IMG/VR virus record: IMGVR_UViG_3300029940_000031
Length of the DNA stretch: 64,000 nucleotides
Strand: one strand, 5' to 3'
DNA from: a virus
A program made the position numbers and the translations under genes. Numbering within the stretch: position 1 is the stretch's first letter; each line of letters starts with the position of its first letter. The notes beneath the pieces were generated by a model. That model ran no database searches and was not told the origin of the DNA. It saw only the letters and a list, made by a program, of their open reading frames with translations. Positions 14,813-23,568 of this stretch are shown in pieces.

Positions 14813-15554
14813 TGTGTGTGATACACATGGCATGAATAAGATGAAGTTCGGTGGACAAGTTGTTTGCCCTCGATGCTTCCTTGAAAACGATAGTAAGAAG
14901 CTTCAGCAACAGGAGCAAGCGAAATACGATGCGGATAAAGCAAACGAGAAGAAATTCATGTTTCACCAACAAAGCATGATCGCAGATAGCAATATTAAAC
15001 AAGCAAATTTTGATAATTATAAACCTACTAGCAAGGAAGGAGCGAAGAACCTTGAACTTGCAAAGGTCATCGCTACGGATTATCTCAATGGTAAAGTATT
15101 TAACACGATTATGGCCGGAAATTGCGGGGCAGGGAAAACACATCTTGCTTACGCTATAGCGGATCAGCTTGCAGGAGCAGGGAAGTCAGTTGTTTTCGTT
15201 ACAGTTGGCGAATTGCTACGGAAGATTAAAAGTACATTCAGTAAAGATTCTACATTAACAGAGGATGCAATTATAAGAAGTTTAGTAAGAGCAGAAGTAT
15301 TAATAGTCGATGATTTAGGAGCGGAGTTAGGCGCATTAGATGCCAATACAAAAGCGACAAATTTTATTAATAGGGTGCTATTCGATGTTTTCGATGGTAG
15401 GCAAGGTAAATCTACTATCTTCACGACAAACCTCACAGGGAAGCGTTTAGACGAGGCATACGATGAACGAATTGTATCGCGGATTCTCAATGATTTCAGA
15501 ACGATTACTTTCAAAGAAACAAAGGATTACAGAAGAAAGGCATTGCCATTTTAA
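14796..15554 (+). CDS. DnaC/IstB-like AAA+ helicase loader with N-terminal zinc ribbon
   Basis: Walker A GNCGAGKTHL, Walker B LIVDDLGAE; CDTHG...CPRC; start 14796/14802 preferred over 14745 (GGTGA RBS). Confidence 0.8.
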   Translation: MIMDSDVCDTHGMNKMKFGGQVVCPRCFLENDSKKLQQQEQAKYDADKANEKKFMFHQQSMIADSNIKQANFDNYKPTSKEGAKNLELAKVIATDYLNGKVFNTIMAGNCGAGKTHLAYAIADQLAGAGKSVVFVTVGELLRKIKSTFSKDSTLTEDAIIRSLVRAEVLIVDDLGAELGALDANTKATNFINRVLFDVFDGRQGKSTIFTTNLTGKRLDEAYDERIVSRILNDFRTITFKETKDYRRKALPF

Positions 15555-15569
15555 AAGGGGGAATAAACG

Positions 15570-15833
15570 ATGTGTGTATGCGAAGGAACGGGAGTAATTA
15601 AGAACGATATGGGGAATGGCTGCTATCAATTTGCACCGTGTATTTGCGAAGCAGGGAATCGCAGTCCTGAAGAAGTGGATAGAAGACGTCATGCCGTTAT
15701 GGCGGAGTTACGAGAAATTCATCAATTACAACTGGAGGGGAAATGGGATGCCACGACTTGGAACGGATTTGGAAAAGGAGAATTACACAATGGCGTTGCA
15801 GCAGGGAAAGTACATGAAGAAGTCGCGTCGTAA
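15570..15833 (+). CDS. Cys-rich small protein
   Basis: GGGGGA RBS; MCVCEGTGVIKND...CICEAG; the 3' part overlaps the next ORF in another frame. Confidence 0.5.
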   Translation: MCVCEGTGVIKNDMGNGCYQFAPCICEAGNRSPEEVDRRRHAVMAELREIHQLQLEGKWDATTWNGFGKGELHNGVAAGKVHEEVAS

Positions 15834-16035
15834 CTTATATATCGCTTTAGAAGAGTTGGATTTAGTGTTTGATGAAAGCGAAGTGATTCAATTAAGAGAA
15901 ATGTGGGATGAGGATAAAGATATTCTTGAAATAGCAAAAGAGCTAGGAAGGCATCAACTAGAAATCGCCGCATTAATTATGGATCAGGCAGATAAGAATA
16001 AAATCAAATCGCGTCCAATGGGGTTAGGGGCATGA
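15748..16035 (+). CDS. Hypothetical protein with HTH-like segment
   Basis: GGAGGGGA RBS before ATG 15748; DILEIAKELGRHQLEIAALI; frame open from 15616. Confidence 0.5.
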   Translation: MPRLGTDLEKENYTMALQQGKYMKKSRRNLYIALEELDLVFDESEVIQLREMWDEDKDILEIAKELGRHQLEIAALIMDQADKNKIKSRPMGLGA

Positions 16036-16295
16036 AACAACTAACACTGGAGGATGTAGTCGGAAGTTTTGATTATACCGCAACAAGTACCGTGGACAAA
16101 TTCTTGAAGTGTAATAGCGTTATGACGTACTCAGTAGAGTTTTACGATATAGATGAGAAGTGGAAGCTTCGTTGGTTTGAGGCGAAGTCCGAGAGCGAAG
16201 CTATAGAAATGGCTAAAAAGAAATATGGAAAGATACAGATTATCACCACGTATATTTCCGATAGAACCTTAGAAGAGATAATGAATTTAGAGTAG
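16032..16295 (+). CDS. Hypothetical protein
   Basis: ATGA overlap with the previous gene; 87 aa. Confidence 0.6.
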   Translation: MKQLTLEDVVGSFDYTATSTVDKFLKCNSVMTYSVEFYDIDEKWKLRWFEAKSESEAIEMAKKKYGKIQIITTYISDRTLEEIMNLE

Positions 16296-16564
16296 GAGAC
16301 ATAGCGTTATGACGTATTTAAAGGACAGAAACTCATTTGATTGAACGAGGCACCAGTAGGCGTCATAGCGTCAGTAGAAACGTTGGGATTATTGGAATCA
16401 GAAAGAAATATGGGCCTCGGATTTACTGGCTATGGGCACTAAATAAAAAAATGGTCCTTACTATTACGTAAGAACCCCATAATCGAAGAAAAAAAGTCGT
16501 ATGTGAAACCAGGTGGGAATCACAATAATATTTTAACATCTAAATATATAGTTGTCTATACAAC

Positions 16565-16894
16565 AAAGTGAACAAAATAGTTATTTAAACGAAGGAGCCC
16601 TAGATTTAGGGATCTAGGGCTTCTTGTGTCGGTATAACTCACACAATTTTATGAAAAGAAAAGAACTTACTGAAGATAACACATAAATGTTTCGTAAATG
16701 TATCAAAAAAGTGAACAAAATAGTTATTTTATGATGAATAAATAAAAGAACCCGTTTGTTATAAACGGATTCTTCCCACAAGATTTGCAAGAAATTCAAG
16801 ATAACTAGACCGGAGCACTTATTGAATTTCTTGTGATAATACTGTATGTAAAGGAATCAATAAGGTTAATGAAATTTAAACAAAATAGTTATTT
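16565..16894. repeat. Three copies of an AAAGTGAACAAAATAGTTATTT-type box, each followed by a different hairpin
   Basis: Boxes at 16565-16586, 16708-16729 and 16878-16894 (17 nt core) in a 1.4 kb gene-poor stretch. Confidence 0.8.
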
Positions 16895-17439
16895 GAATAA
16901 AAGGAGCCCCATTTGTCTGGGGAGCCCCTAAGGGTAATCGTCAAGTAATGACGTACTCGACTAATTAACAATATCATGAATTTTTTGGTAAAAATACTGG
17001 TAAATGTGCCCAAATGAGCAGGGCATCAATTTGAATAAAAAAACGCTATTTTAGTAGAAAACGTTGAAAAAGGACCCGGAAAAGGGGGAGGGGTCCTTTT
17101 TAATGAAACAATAGAACTTTATGGGATTACCAATATATTACCATAAAAGGTAATTTATTTCCAGGTTGTAGATATTGAGAAAACTTTATATAAAAACTTC
17201 ATTTTGTATTAGGTTGGAATATAAAAAGAGCACTTAGTAAAGTGCTCTCGTGACGAGTCTCATTTTATAACGACTATTTTATAGAGAAAGGAAATCAGAA
17301 TATTATATGTGATTCCAGTTAATTGAGTGCTTCTTACAAATTAAAAGCAGCTAGCAAAAGCTAACTGCTCGGTTCTCCAAGGGGGAACAAGGAGAAAATC
17401 TGATGTCATATACAGTATTGACGGAATATTGAATTTTAT

Positions 17440-17628
17440 TCACGAGAGATTATATTCTGAAATTTGGATTATGATAGTCGATATTCTCCATATTGACCAG
17501 AAAAGAATTAAAAGTTCTAGTGAAATTCCAAGGGTTCTTTTCTTAGTTTTTTGAGATTCTTTTATCAAATAGCCAACAGCACTAATTGCTATAAGAATGA
17601 AAAGAATAAGTTCAAGTGTAACTGGCAT
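17440..17628 (-). CDS. Small two-TM membrane protein (moron, reverse orientation)
   Basis: AGGAG RBS; LILFILIAISAVGYLI and LELLILFWSIWRISTIIIQI; minus-strand terminator 17343-17372. Confidence 0.6.
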   Translation of the reverse strand: MPVTLELILFILIAISAVGYLIKESQKTKKRTLGISLELLILFWSIWRISTIIIQISEYNLS

Positions 17629-17739
17629 TCTATCTACTCCTAAAAATAAGTTTGTATATAACGATTATAAGATATTTTCGGTGATTGGTAGTAAAAAATT
17701 CAACAAAATAATCCTTTTAATAGAAAGTGGGGAATAACA

Positions 17740-18369
17740 ATGGGGCTAGGAAACCGTGGGATGGCATTTGAAATGCTTATCAATCTAGCGAATGAAATGT
17801 ATCAAAGAGGGGGAGTGGCGCTTATAAACAAGCGTCCGACTCCTGTGAAGGTGTTAAAGAGCAAAAGTGGTCGTGTACTAAATGGATTCTATGAAGCAAA
17901 GAGCACAGTAGACTATGACGGCGTGTATAAGGGACGAGCTATCGCATTTGAAGCGAAGTCTACAGAGAAAGATACACGTTTTGATTTAAAGAACATTGCA
18001 CAGCATCAATTGGATTACTTGGAGAAAGCGGAGAAGATGGGAGCGATATGCTTCTTCCTTATAGAATTCAGTAAGGATAGGTCAGTATTCGCAGTGCCAC
18101 TATCAGTCATTCAATCTTATATAAGGATGTCTCATCAACCGAAGGGCAAGAAGTCTATACCAAGAGCAGACTTTGATATTTATGGGTATTTAGTAGAACA
18201 GACAGAACGAGCGCCGATTGATTACTTGCAATATGTTGACGAAGTAGTAGCACCAGTCATGTTTGATGGAATGATTCAATTTGATCAGGACTATCAAAAG
18301 GTAGCGAATAATATTGAAGCAGCAAAAGAGAAGATGGCCAACAAGAAATGTAAATTATTAAGAGTTTAA
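17740..18369 (+). CDS. recU: RecU-type Holliday junction resolvase
   Basis: GMAFEMLIN...LINKRPTPVKV...VDYDGVYKGRAIAFEAKST...QHQLDYL matches the RecU signature. Confidence 0.8.
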   Translation: MGLGNRGMAFEMLINLANEMYQRGGVALINKRPTPVKVLKSKSGRVLNGFYEAKSTVDYDGVYKGRAIAFEAKSTEKDTRFDLKNIAQHQLDYLEKAEKMGAICFFLIEFSKDRSVFAVPLSVIQSYIRMSHQPKGKKSIPRADFDIYGYLVEQTERAPIDYLQYVDEVVAPVMFDGMIQFDQDYQKVANNIEAAKEKMANKKCKLLRV

Positions 18370-18507
18370 TGGATAACGGAACCTTGCAAGGTGGATGGTG
18401 GGGACTATTCGCTATGCATGTTTCCCTTATTCAACAAAGAGATAGTAAAATTTCACGTACCTGATGTGAATGTAAAAAGACAAATTCAGAAATAGGGGGA
18501 TTCCTTC

Positions 18508-18894
18508 ATGGAGAGACAATTAACATTATTACCGACTATTGATAGAGAGACAGAAAAACAGGTTCAGAAAGAAGTAGTGAAAATACTAAAGGAATACCGC
18601 GCATTGAAAACGCGTTTTGAGAATGAAGTGGAGTTAAAACACGAAGGAATCAGTTTGTTCCCGGAGATTAGAGACACGAGATATATTAGCAATATCAAGT
18701 TCAAGCAGATCGATAAGGCTTTAGGGTACGTTTTAGACTATGACGAGGCAGAAATCATCAAGAAGAAATACTTAAATGCAGATAAGCCGAAAGACAGCTT
18801 TATTTACACTGAATTATCGATGAAGAAAGATCACTTCTATTATAAGAAGAAAAATGCAATTCGATTGATCGCTACATCTTTAGGGATGATTTAA
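18508..18894 (+). CDS. ArpU-family late transcriptional regulator (sigma-like)
   Basis: 128 aa in the position before the packaging genes; N-terminal KEVVKILKEYRALKTRF and C-terminal HTH-like region, as in ArpU-type proteins; by recall. Confidence 0.55.
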   Translation: MERQLTLLPTIDRETEKQVQKEVVKILKEYRALKTRFENEVELKHEGISLFPEIRDTRYISNIKFKQIDKALGYVLDYDEAEIIKKKYLNADKPKDSFIYTELSMKKDHFYYKKKNAIRLIATSLGMI

Positions 18895-18952
18895 TAATAA
18901 AAAAAGCCAAATTAACAGTTTTTAATTAACTATCCATTTGGCTTTTTATGTT

Positions 18953-19291
18953 TTATTTTTTAGGCATCCATGTATGTCCGCAATTCATGCAACCATTAAC
19001 AATATTTTTTCTACCAACAAATCCACTGAATAAAATTATCGGTGGTCCTAGAAGTACAATAAGAAGACCAACAATTGCAGAAAGTCCAACAACTCCATCC
19101 ATAGAATTTCGAGGAACTATAACATATAAAAAATTAGAAACTATTCCAATAGTTATAAGTGTACCTAACAGAAGAAACAGAATAAAAAACGCCCTTTTGA
19201 AATTATAACCACGCTTATTACCGACTATTTGATCTGATTTGCATTTCCTACAAACCACGCGCTTTGTTACTTTTTCTTGTTGTACCGTCAT
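18953..19291 (-). CDS. Membrane protein bracketed by CxxC pairs (zinc-ribbon-like)
   Basis: CRKC...two TM helices...CMNC; reverse orientation; hairpin after the stop. Confidence 0.6.
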   Translation of the reverse strand: MTVQQEKVTKRVVCRKCKSDQIVGNKRGYNFKRAFFILFLLLGTLITIGIVSNFLYVIVPRNSMDGVVGLSAIVGLLIVLLGPPIILFSGFVGRKNIVNGCMNCGHTWMPKK

Positions 19292-19439
19292 GTCTAACCA
19301 TCCTTGCTTTTATAAAATTATAATAGCTTAATTATATGATATTATCACCTGAACTGGATACAAATATTATCAAAAAAAGAAAAAATATAATAAATTGGAA
19401 TGTTTATGTTTTTTAAAACTTCGACAAAATACCGACAAA

Positions 19440-20291
19440 AATGGGGACTAAATAGGGGGAATTTTGATAATGAAATCAACGGTATTCTTAATGTACAAGC
19501 CCTTTGACAACCGCATATCGAAGAGGATTAGTACACCTATAAGTGAAACGTTCTTATGCGAGAATGTCACGTTAACGTATACCGCATGGTAGGGCGGGCA
19601 AGGCGGTAAGAACCCGCGTTAAGACGAAAAGACCAATGAATGTATAACAATGACATATTTCAGTATGGCGGGTGTGAGATAACTCGCATTTGTCATGCTG
19701 TTTCTATTGTATTTATCAATCAGCTCAGAATGCGTCCTCTGGGTTGATAATAAATATAAGTCTATTTCTCTCTAATATGTCGGTTCTTGAAAATGAAATG
19801 GGGGTGGTTGCTCATGATTGAGTGACACTTGCATTCTAAAAAGCTAAAAAGTATACGTATCTCGTACATTAGTAATTACTCAAGATTCTTATTAATGACC
19901 AAAACGAGGGCAAAGAGTTCCACTCTTTGTTTGAGCCAATACAGCGGAAACATTCCCCTTCCGTCCCTCTAGTGTATTGGTTCAAACAAGGCGTCGGAAG
20001 AAACATATACGTCTTGGATATAAATTATTGTATAAACGATTTAATCAGCTAAGGCCATGCGACAGCCGATATATTGACCAGCTCTACGGAGTATAAACGA
20101 GAAGATTCTTAGTCTTTTCCTAGCCACCGAACGTAAAGCGCGTAGCTAATAAGAGCTAAAAAATTACATGATGCGGTGGCTTGGAGAAGGTTGAGAGTAA
20201 TCAGCCTTAAAATGATTGCGAAATTTCCCTTTCGTAAATGTTTCTTCCATCCCCTTGAAAGAAAGCTGTCACTCCGGTGATGGCTTTTTTT
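19440..20291 (+). ncRNA. ORF-poor segment that looks slightly GC-richer by eye; candidate structured RNA or decayed genes
   Basis: No plausible ORF over 40 codons on either strand; many local and long-range complementary blocks; ends in a good plus-strand intrinsic terminator. Confidence 0.3.
20264..20291 (+). terminator. Intrinsic terminator
   Basis: AGCTGTCAC-TCCG-GTGATGGCT (two G-U pairs) followed by TTTTTTT. Confidence 0.6.
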
Positions 20292-20364
20292 ATAAAAGGA
20301 TATTGTTGTCAATTGTCGAATAAATAAAGGTGGTTAGCACAAATATCCAAAGGGGGAATGTAGT

Positions 20365-20820
20365 ATGAAAAGCGTAGAAGTTAATGATTCTTTTACTATT
20401 GAAACTTGTATTGGTCAAGCAATGATAAAGGACCGAGAAGCAGAACTTAGAGATATTCTAAAAGGCGTGTCTCAATTTCATGATTATGATAAGGAATTTC
20501 ATGTATTCTATCCACAAAACATGTACGATCAAGAAAAAACTTACAAATTGTACTTCTTCTTCAAAAATGAAGTTGTTATCGGAGAAAGTGTTAAGGATGA
20601 AAATAAAAAAGAATTCGTCACGATTACTAGAATGAAGTACCAAAATATAAACGAAATTAAGATTTTACACCTAGATGATACATATTTTCTGCATGCGAAA
20701 GCAATTGAAATTGGATTTAATAATGGAAAAAGAATCAAACTGGATAGCTTAGAAGATTCTAAAGCCGGCAAGGTAGATTCCTTTACAAATAAAATTGAAC
20801 GTATATACACAATGCTATAA
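20365..20820 (+). CDS. Hypothetical protein (151 aa)
   Basis: GGGGGA RBS; terminator AAAGTGCATCC-ATAAT-GGGTGCACTTT follows. Confidence 0.65.
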   Translation: MKSVEVNDSFTIETCIGQAMIKDREAELRDILKGVSQFHDYDKEFHVFYPQNMYDQEKTYKLYFFFKNEVVIGESVKDENKKEFVTITRMKYQNINEIKILHLDDTYFLHAKAIEIGFNNGKRIKLDSLEDSKAGKVDSFTNKIERIYTML

Positions 20821-20984
20821 ATAAAGAAAAGTGCATCCATAATGGGTGCACTTTTCTTTGTTATATATAAATTACACATTAAATGTGAATTTGAACAAAA
20901 TGGACATTTGGTTAGGAGGATTCTATATAAATAGGTAGAATCTAATTACTTGGTTTACATTTTAATCCAAGGGGTACAAATTCG

Positions 20985-21176
20985 ATGCGACGTGAAAAGG
21001 ATTTGTTGAAACAATGGAAGGCGGATTTGCAAGCTGTTCAAGAAGAGAAAAGGATGAAGAAGAAGGCTAAGAAAAAGAATAAGAAATATAGTATTCCAGG
21101 TAATACAGCTGACTTCATGGATGGCAAGAATACTTATCGTAAAGAAAATGGGGTATGGAAGCAAAGAAATAAATAA
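20985..21176 (+). CDS. Lys-rich small protein
   Basis: 63 aa, highly basic (KRMKKKAKKKNKK); weak RBS. Confidence 0.4.
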   Translation: MRREKDLLKQWKADLQAVQEEKRMKKKAKKKNKKYSIPGNTADFMDGKNTYRKENGVWKQRNK

Positions 21177-21187
21177 TGTGAGGATAA

Positions 21188-21277
21188 ATGATTTTGATTA
21201 AGTGTATAGCAATTATCGTAGGCGCTGCCGTGATCTGGGTGGCGTCTTGTTTGCTGTTAAGGAAAGATAAGACGTGA
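21188..21277 (+). CDS. Tiny single-TM protein (29 aa)
   Basis: GAGG RBS; MILIKCIAIIVGAAVIWVASCLLLRKDKT. Confidence 0.35.
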   Translation: MILIKCIAIIVGAAVIWVASCLLLRKDKT

Positions 21278-21394
21278 GATAGACTTGCAAATTGAAATAT
21301 TATTATTTTGAAACATAGACTAGTAAACAAACTATTTCTACCTTTTAATCATAGAATATGATGAATTCTATTTTTAGAGGAGGGAATCATATCT

Positions 21395-21607
21395 ATGGGA
21401 TGGGATAATAATTTTGGACATTCTCGAGATTGTAATAGATTTTGGGATGATTTAGTATTTTGCGGTTGCGGCCGTAGACGAAGAAGAAACGATTTTAACG
21501 ACTGTCATTGTAGACGTGACTGCGATTGTGATGAGTGTCGTCGTAGACGTAATCATGACCGCGATCGTGAGCATGAACATGGACATGGTGAGCATCAAGA
21601 TTGGTAA
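21395..21607 (+). CDS. Cys/Arg/Asp/His-rich small protein
   Basis: GGAGGGA RBS; CGCGRRRRRNDFNDCHCRRDCDCDECRRRRNHDRDREHEHGHGEH; strong terminator follows. Confidence 0.6.
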   Translation: MGWDNNFGHSRDCNRFWDDLVFCGCGRRRRRNDFNDCHCRRDCDCDECRRRRNHDRDREHEHGHGEHQDW

Positions 21608-21619
21608 AGCCTTTTGAAA

Positions 21620-21648
21620 GAGTGCGATGAAAAAACGCACTCTTTTTT
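21620..21648 (+). terminator. Intrinsic terminator
   Basis: GAGTGCG-loop-CGCACTC then TTTTTT. Confidence 0.75.
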
Positions 21649-21754
21649 GTTATGTTTTTAATTAGTACTTATTAACCCGAAGGATGCAGTTTCAATTGGA
21701 TTTAACATTTTACAAAACAAGCGAACACAACGAACGAAAATAAATGTCCTACTT

Positions 21755-21885
21755 AACTGTCTAAAAGTTGACCCTTTTGTACAGTAGAAATGTATAGGGT
21801 AAAAACTTTGTAAACAGATAGTTGTTAATGTCTAAAAGATAGTCTAAAATAAAAGTATATAATTCTTAAGACTTTTAGACTATTT
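21755..21885. promoter_or_regulatory. res-like array of recombinase half-sites
   Basis: TGTCTAAAAG (21758), TGTCTAAAAG-A-TAGTCTAAAA (21829-21849) and inverted CTTTTAGACT (21872-21881) directly upstream of the recombinase gene. Confidence 0.55.
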
Positions 21886-21898
21886 TGAGGTGATTTGG

Positions 21899-22474
21899 AT
21901 GGCTATCGTTGGTTATGCAAGGGTGAGTACAAAAGATCAAAACTTAGATGCACAAATTGAAAGGTTAACAGAATATGGATGTGAAAAAATATATTCTGAA
22001 AAGTACAGTGGAGCTAATAGTGATCGGGAAGAATTACAAAAGGCATTAGAGTATATGAGAGAAGGGGATAAATTTGTTGTTTGTAAAATAGATCGTTTAG
22101 CTAGATCGATATTTGATTTGCATAAGATTGTAAATCAATTAGCTGATAGAGGAATAGCGGTGGTATTTCTTAAAGAACAAATTGATTTTTCTACACCAGC
22201 AGGTAAATTGATGTTTACTATGTTAGGGGCTATTGCTGAGTTTGAAAGGGATTTAATTAACGAAAGAACAGCTGAAGGAAGAGAAAGAGCTAAAGCAATG
22301 GGCAAACATATGGGGCGTAAGGGGCAGGATGAAAAACAGGTGAAGCAGGCTATGAACTTATTCTTTAATAGGAAAGAGAATGGTTTGAGTGTAAATGATA
22401 TTTCAAAAATGACGGGAGTTCCGCGTTCTACTCTTTATGCTAAAGCGAAAGAATTAAAAGAGGAGGAATTATGA
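21899..22474 (+). CDS. Small serine recombinase (resolvase/invertase family)
   Basis: MAIVGYARVSTKDQNLDAQ catalytic N-terminus; C-terminal HTH LSVNDISKMTGVPRSTLY; GAGGTG RBS before ATG 21899. Confidence 0.9.
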   Translation: MAIVGYARVSTKDQNLDAQIERLTEYGCEKIYSEKYSGANSDREELQKALEYMREGDKFVVCKIDRLARSIFDLHKIVNQLADRGIAVVFLKEQIDFSTPAGKLMFTMLGAIAEFERDLINERTAEGRERAKAMGKHMGRKGQDEKQVKQAMNLFFNRKENGLSVNDISKMTGVPRSTLYAKAKELKEEEL

Positions 22475-22645
22475 TGGAGGAATATGAACAGCTACGGCAG
22501 GAATTTTGAAATATAAGTAATCAGTTAAAGTAGCGAATCCGCTGCTTTTTTATTTTATAAAGAATTCACTTTAAACATTTTTCATAGTTAAGAATACTTA
22601 TGTAAATATGGTAACAGATTTGATTCTTGGAATGAGGGGATCGAT

Positions 22646-22921
22646 GTGGATATAACGAAAAGTATGGCAAGAATAGTTGTTAATGGGATAAATCTTCCGT
22701 TTACTTCAGTTAGGACAACTGCATGGATTAATGGACCTGCAAATGATTTAATTGTTACGACTAGGCAAAGAGTGAATGAGCTTTATCGTGTTATGTGGTC
22801 GCGGGTGCCAGTCATGCTAACAATGTATTTCATTCAGGGGGCGGACATGGTGAGATTTGCTAGGGTTGCAGGAGTTGATGAAAGTATAACGGGAGAATAT
22901 ATATATCATTTTATTTGGTGA
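22646..22921 (+). CDS. Hypothetical protein (GTG start)
   Basis: GAGGGGA RBS; 91 aa. Confidence 0.5.
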   Translation: MDITKSMARIVVNGINLPFTSVRTTAWINGPANDLIVTTRQRVNELYRVMWSRVPVMLTMYFIQGADMVRFARVAGVDESITGEYIYHFIW

Positions 22922-22965
22922 TAAGAAGAACTTTAAGTAGCCTAACAGCTGCTTTTTTATTTTAT

Positions 22966-23011
22966 AAAAAAAGAACCTGCAAACCTGCAGATTCTCCTGA
23001 TAATGATTTAT
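22966..23011. repeat. 46-bp direct repeat, copy 1
   Basis: AAAAAAAGAACCTGCAAACCTGCAGATTCTCCTGATAATGATTTAT, identical at 23569-23614; acts as a minus-strand terminator (CTGCA-GGTT-TGCAG + T-run). Confidence 0.9.
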
Positions 23012-23052
23012 ATAAATAAGATTCGAAAATGAGTTCAAGAACGCTTGTTGAT

Positions 23053-23283
23053 TCAGTCTGTTCTGTAATCGTTGTTTCTAATTTTCTTTTTTATATCTAA
23101 AAATCCTATAAGCATAATTGCTATAAATATTAATTTAGTCCAATAAAATTCTTGATGGAACATTAGCCCATAGAAGAAATCAAAAGCATATATTAGACCG
23201 ATGATGGGGAATAGCCAAATCATAAATTTCAAATCTTTTAAATGATATTTGTAATTATTGATTTTTTTCCACATATGTATCAA
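23053..23283 (-). CDS. Small two-TM membrane protein, paralog A
   Basis: 76 aa; C-terminal KKKIRNNDYRTD parallels FKKKNYRTS of the neighbouring gene. Confidence 0.6.
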   Translation of the reverse strand: MIHMWKKINNYKYHLKDLKFMIWLFPIIGLIYAFDFFYGLMFHQEFYWTKLIFIAIMLIGFLDIKKKIRNNDYRTD

Positions 23284-23292
23284 CTCCTAATG

Positions 23293-23499
23293 TTATGAGG
23301 TTCTGTAGTTTTTCTTTTTAAAATCGCGCATGTTGAGGATAAAGAATAGAAGGAAGATAACAGCTCCGATGCCATTAATCCAGTAGTATGTGCGCCCTGT
23401 TGTGAATCCGTTATAGAATTCATAGGCATTCCAAATTACAAGAAGTACTGAACAGACAGTGGAGATCATTAATGAGCCAAAACTTCTCATGATTTTCAC
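23293..23499 (-). CDS. Small two-TM membrane protein, paralog B
   Basis: 68 aa; same architecture as 23053-23283. Confidence 0.6.
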   Translation of the reverse strand: MKIMRSFGSLMISTVCSVLLVIWNAYEFYNGFTTGRTYYWINGIGAVIFLLFFILNMRDFKKKNYRTS

Positions 23500-23568
23500 C
23501 TCAATTCAAAATGTTAGAACTTATTTACAATTTTACATTTAAATAAATAGATTTACAAGAAGAGGAAT

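Noticed and set aside
15164-15973. Minus-strand ORFs 15164-15514, 15447-15692 and 15722-15973
   Set aside because: They are antisense to the DnaC-like gene and the following early genes. They have no RBS and no motifs.
20109-20312. 67-aa minus-strand ORF inside the ORF-poor segment
   Set aside because: It has no RBS and a nonsense-like composition, and it runs through the plus-strand terminator. It does not explain the 0.85-kb non-coding stretch.
20458-21640. Antisense ORFs 20458-20643, 20541-20879, 20955-21164, 21115-21330 and 21452-21640
   Set aside because: Each overlaps a better-supported plus-strand gene or terminator, and the translations are hydrophobic AT-rich artefacts.
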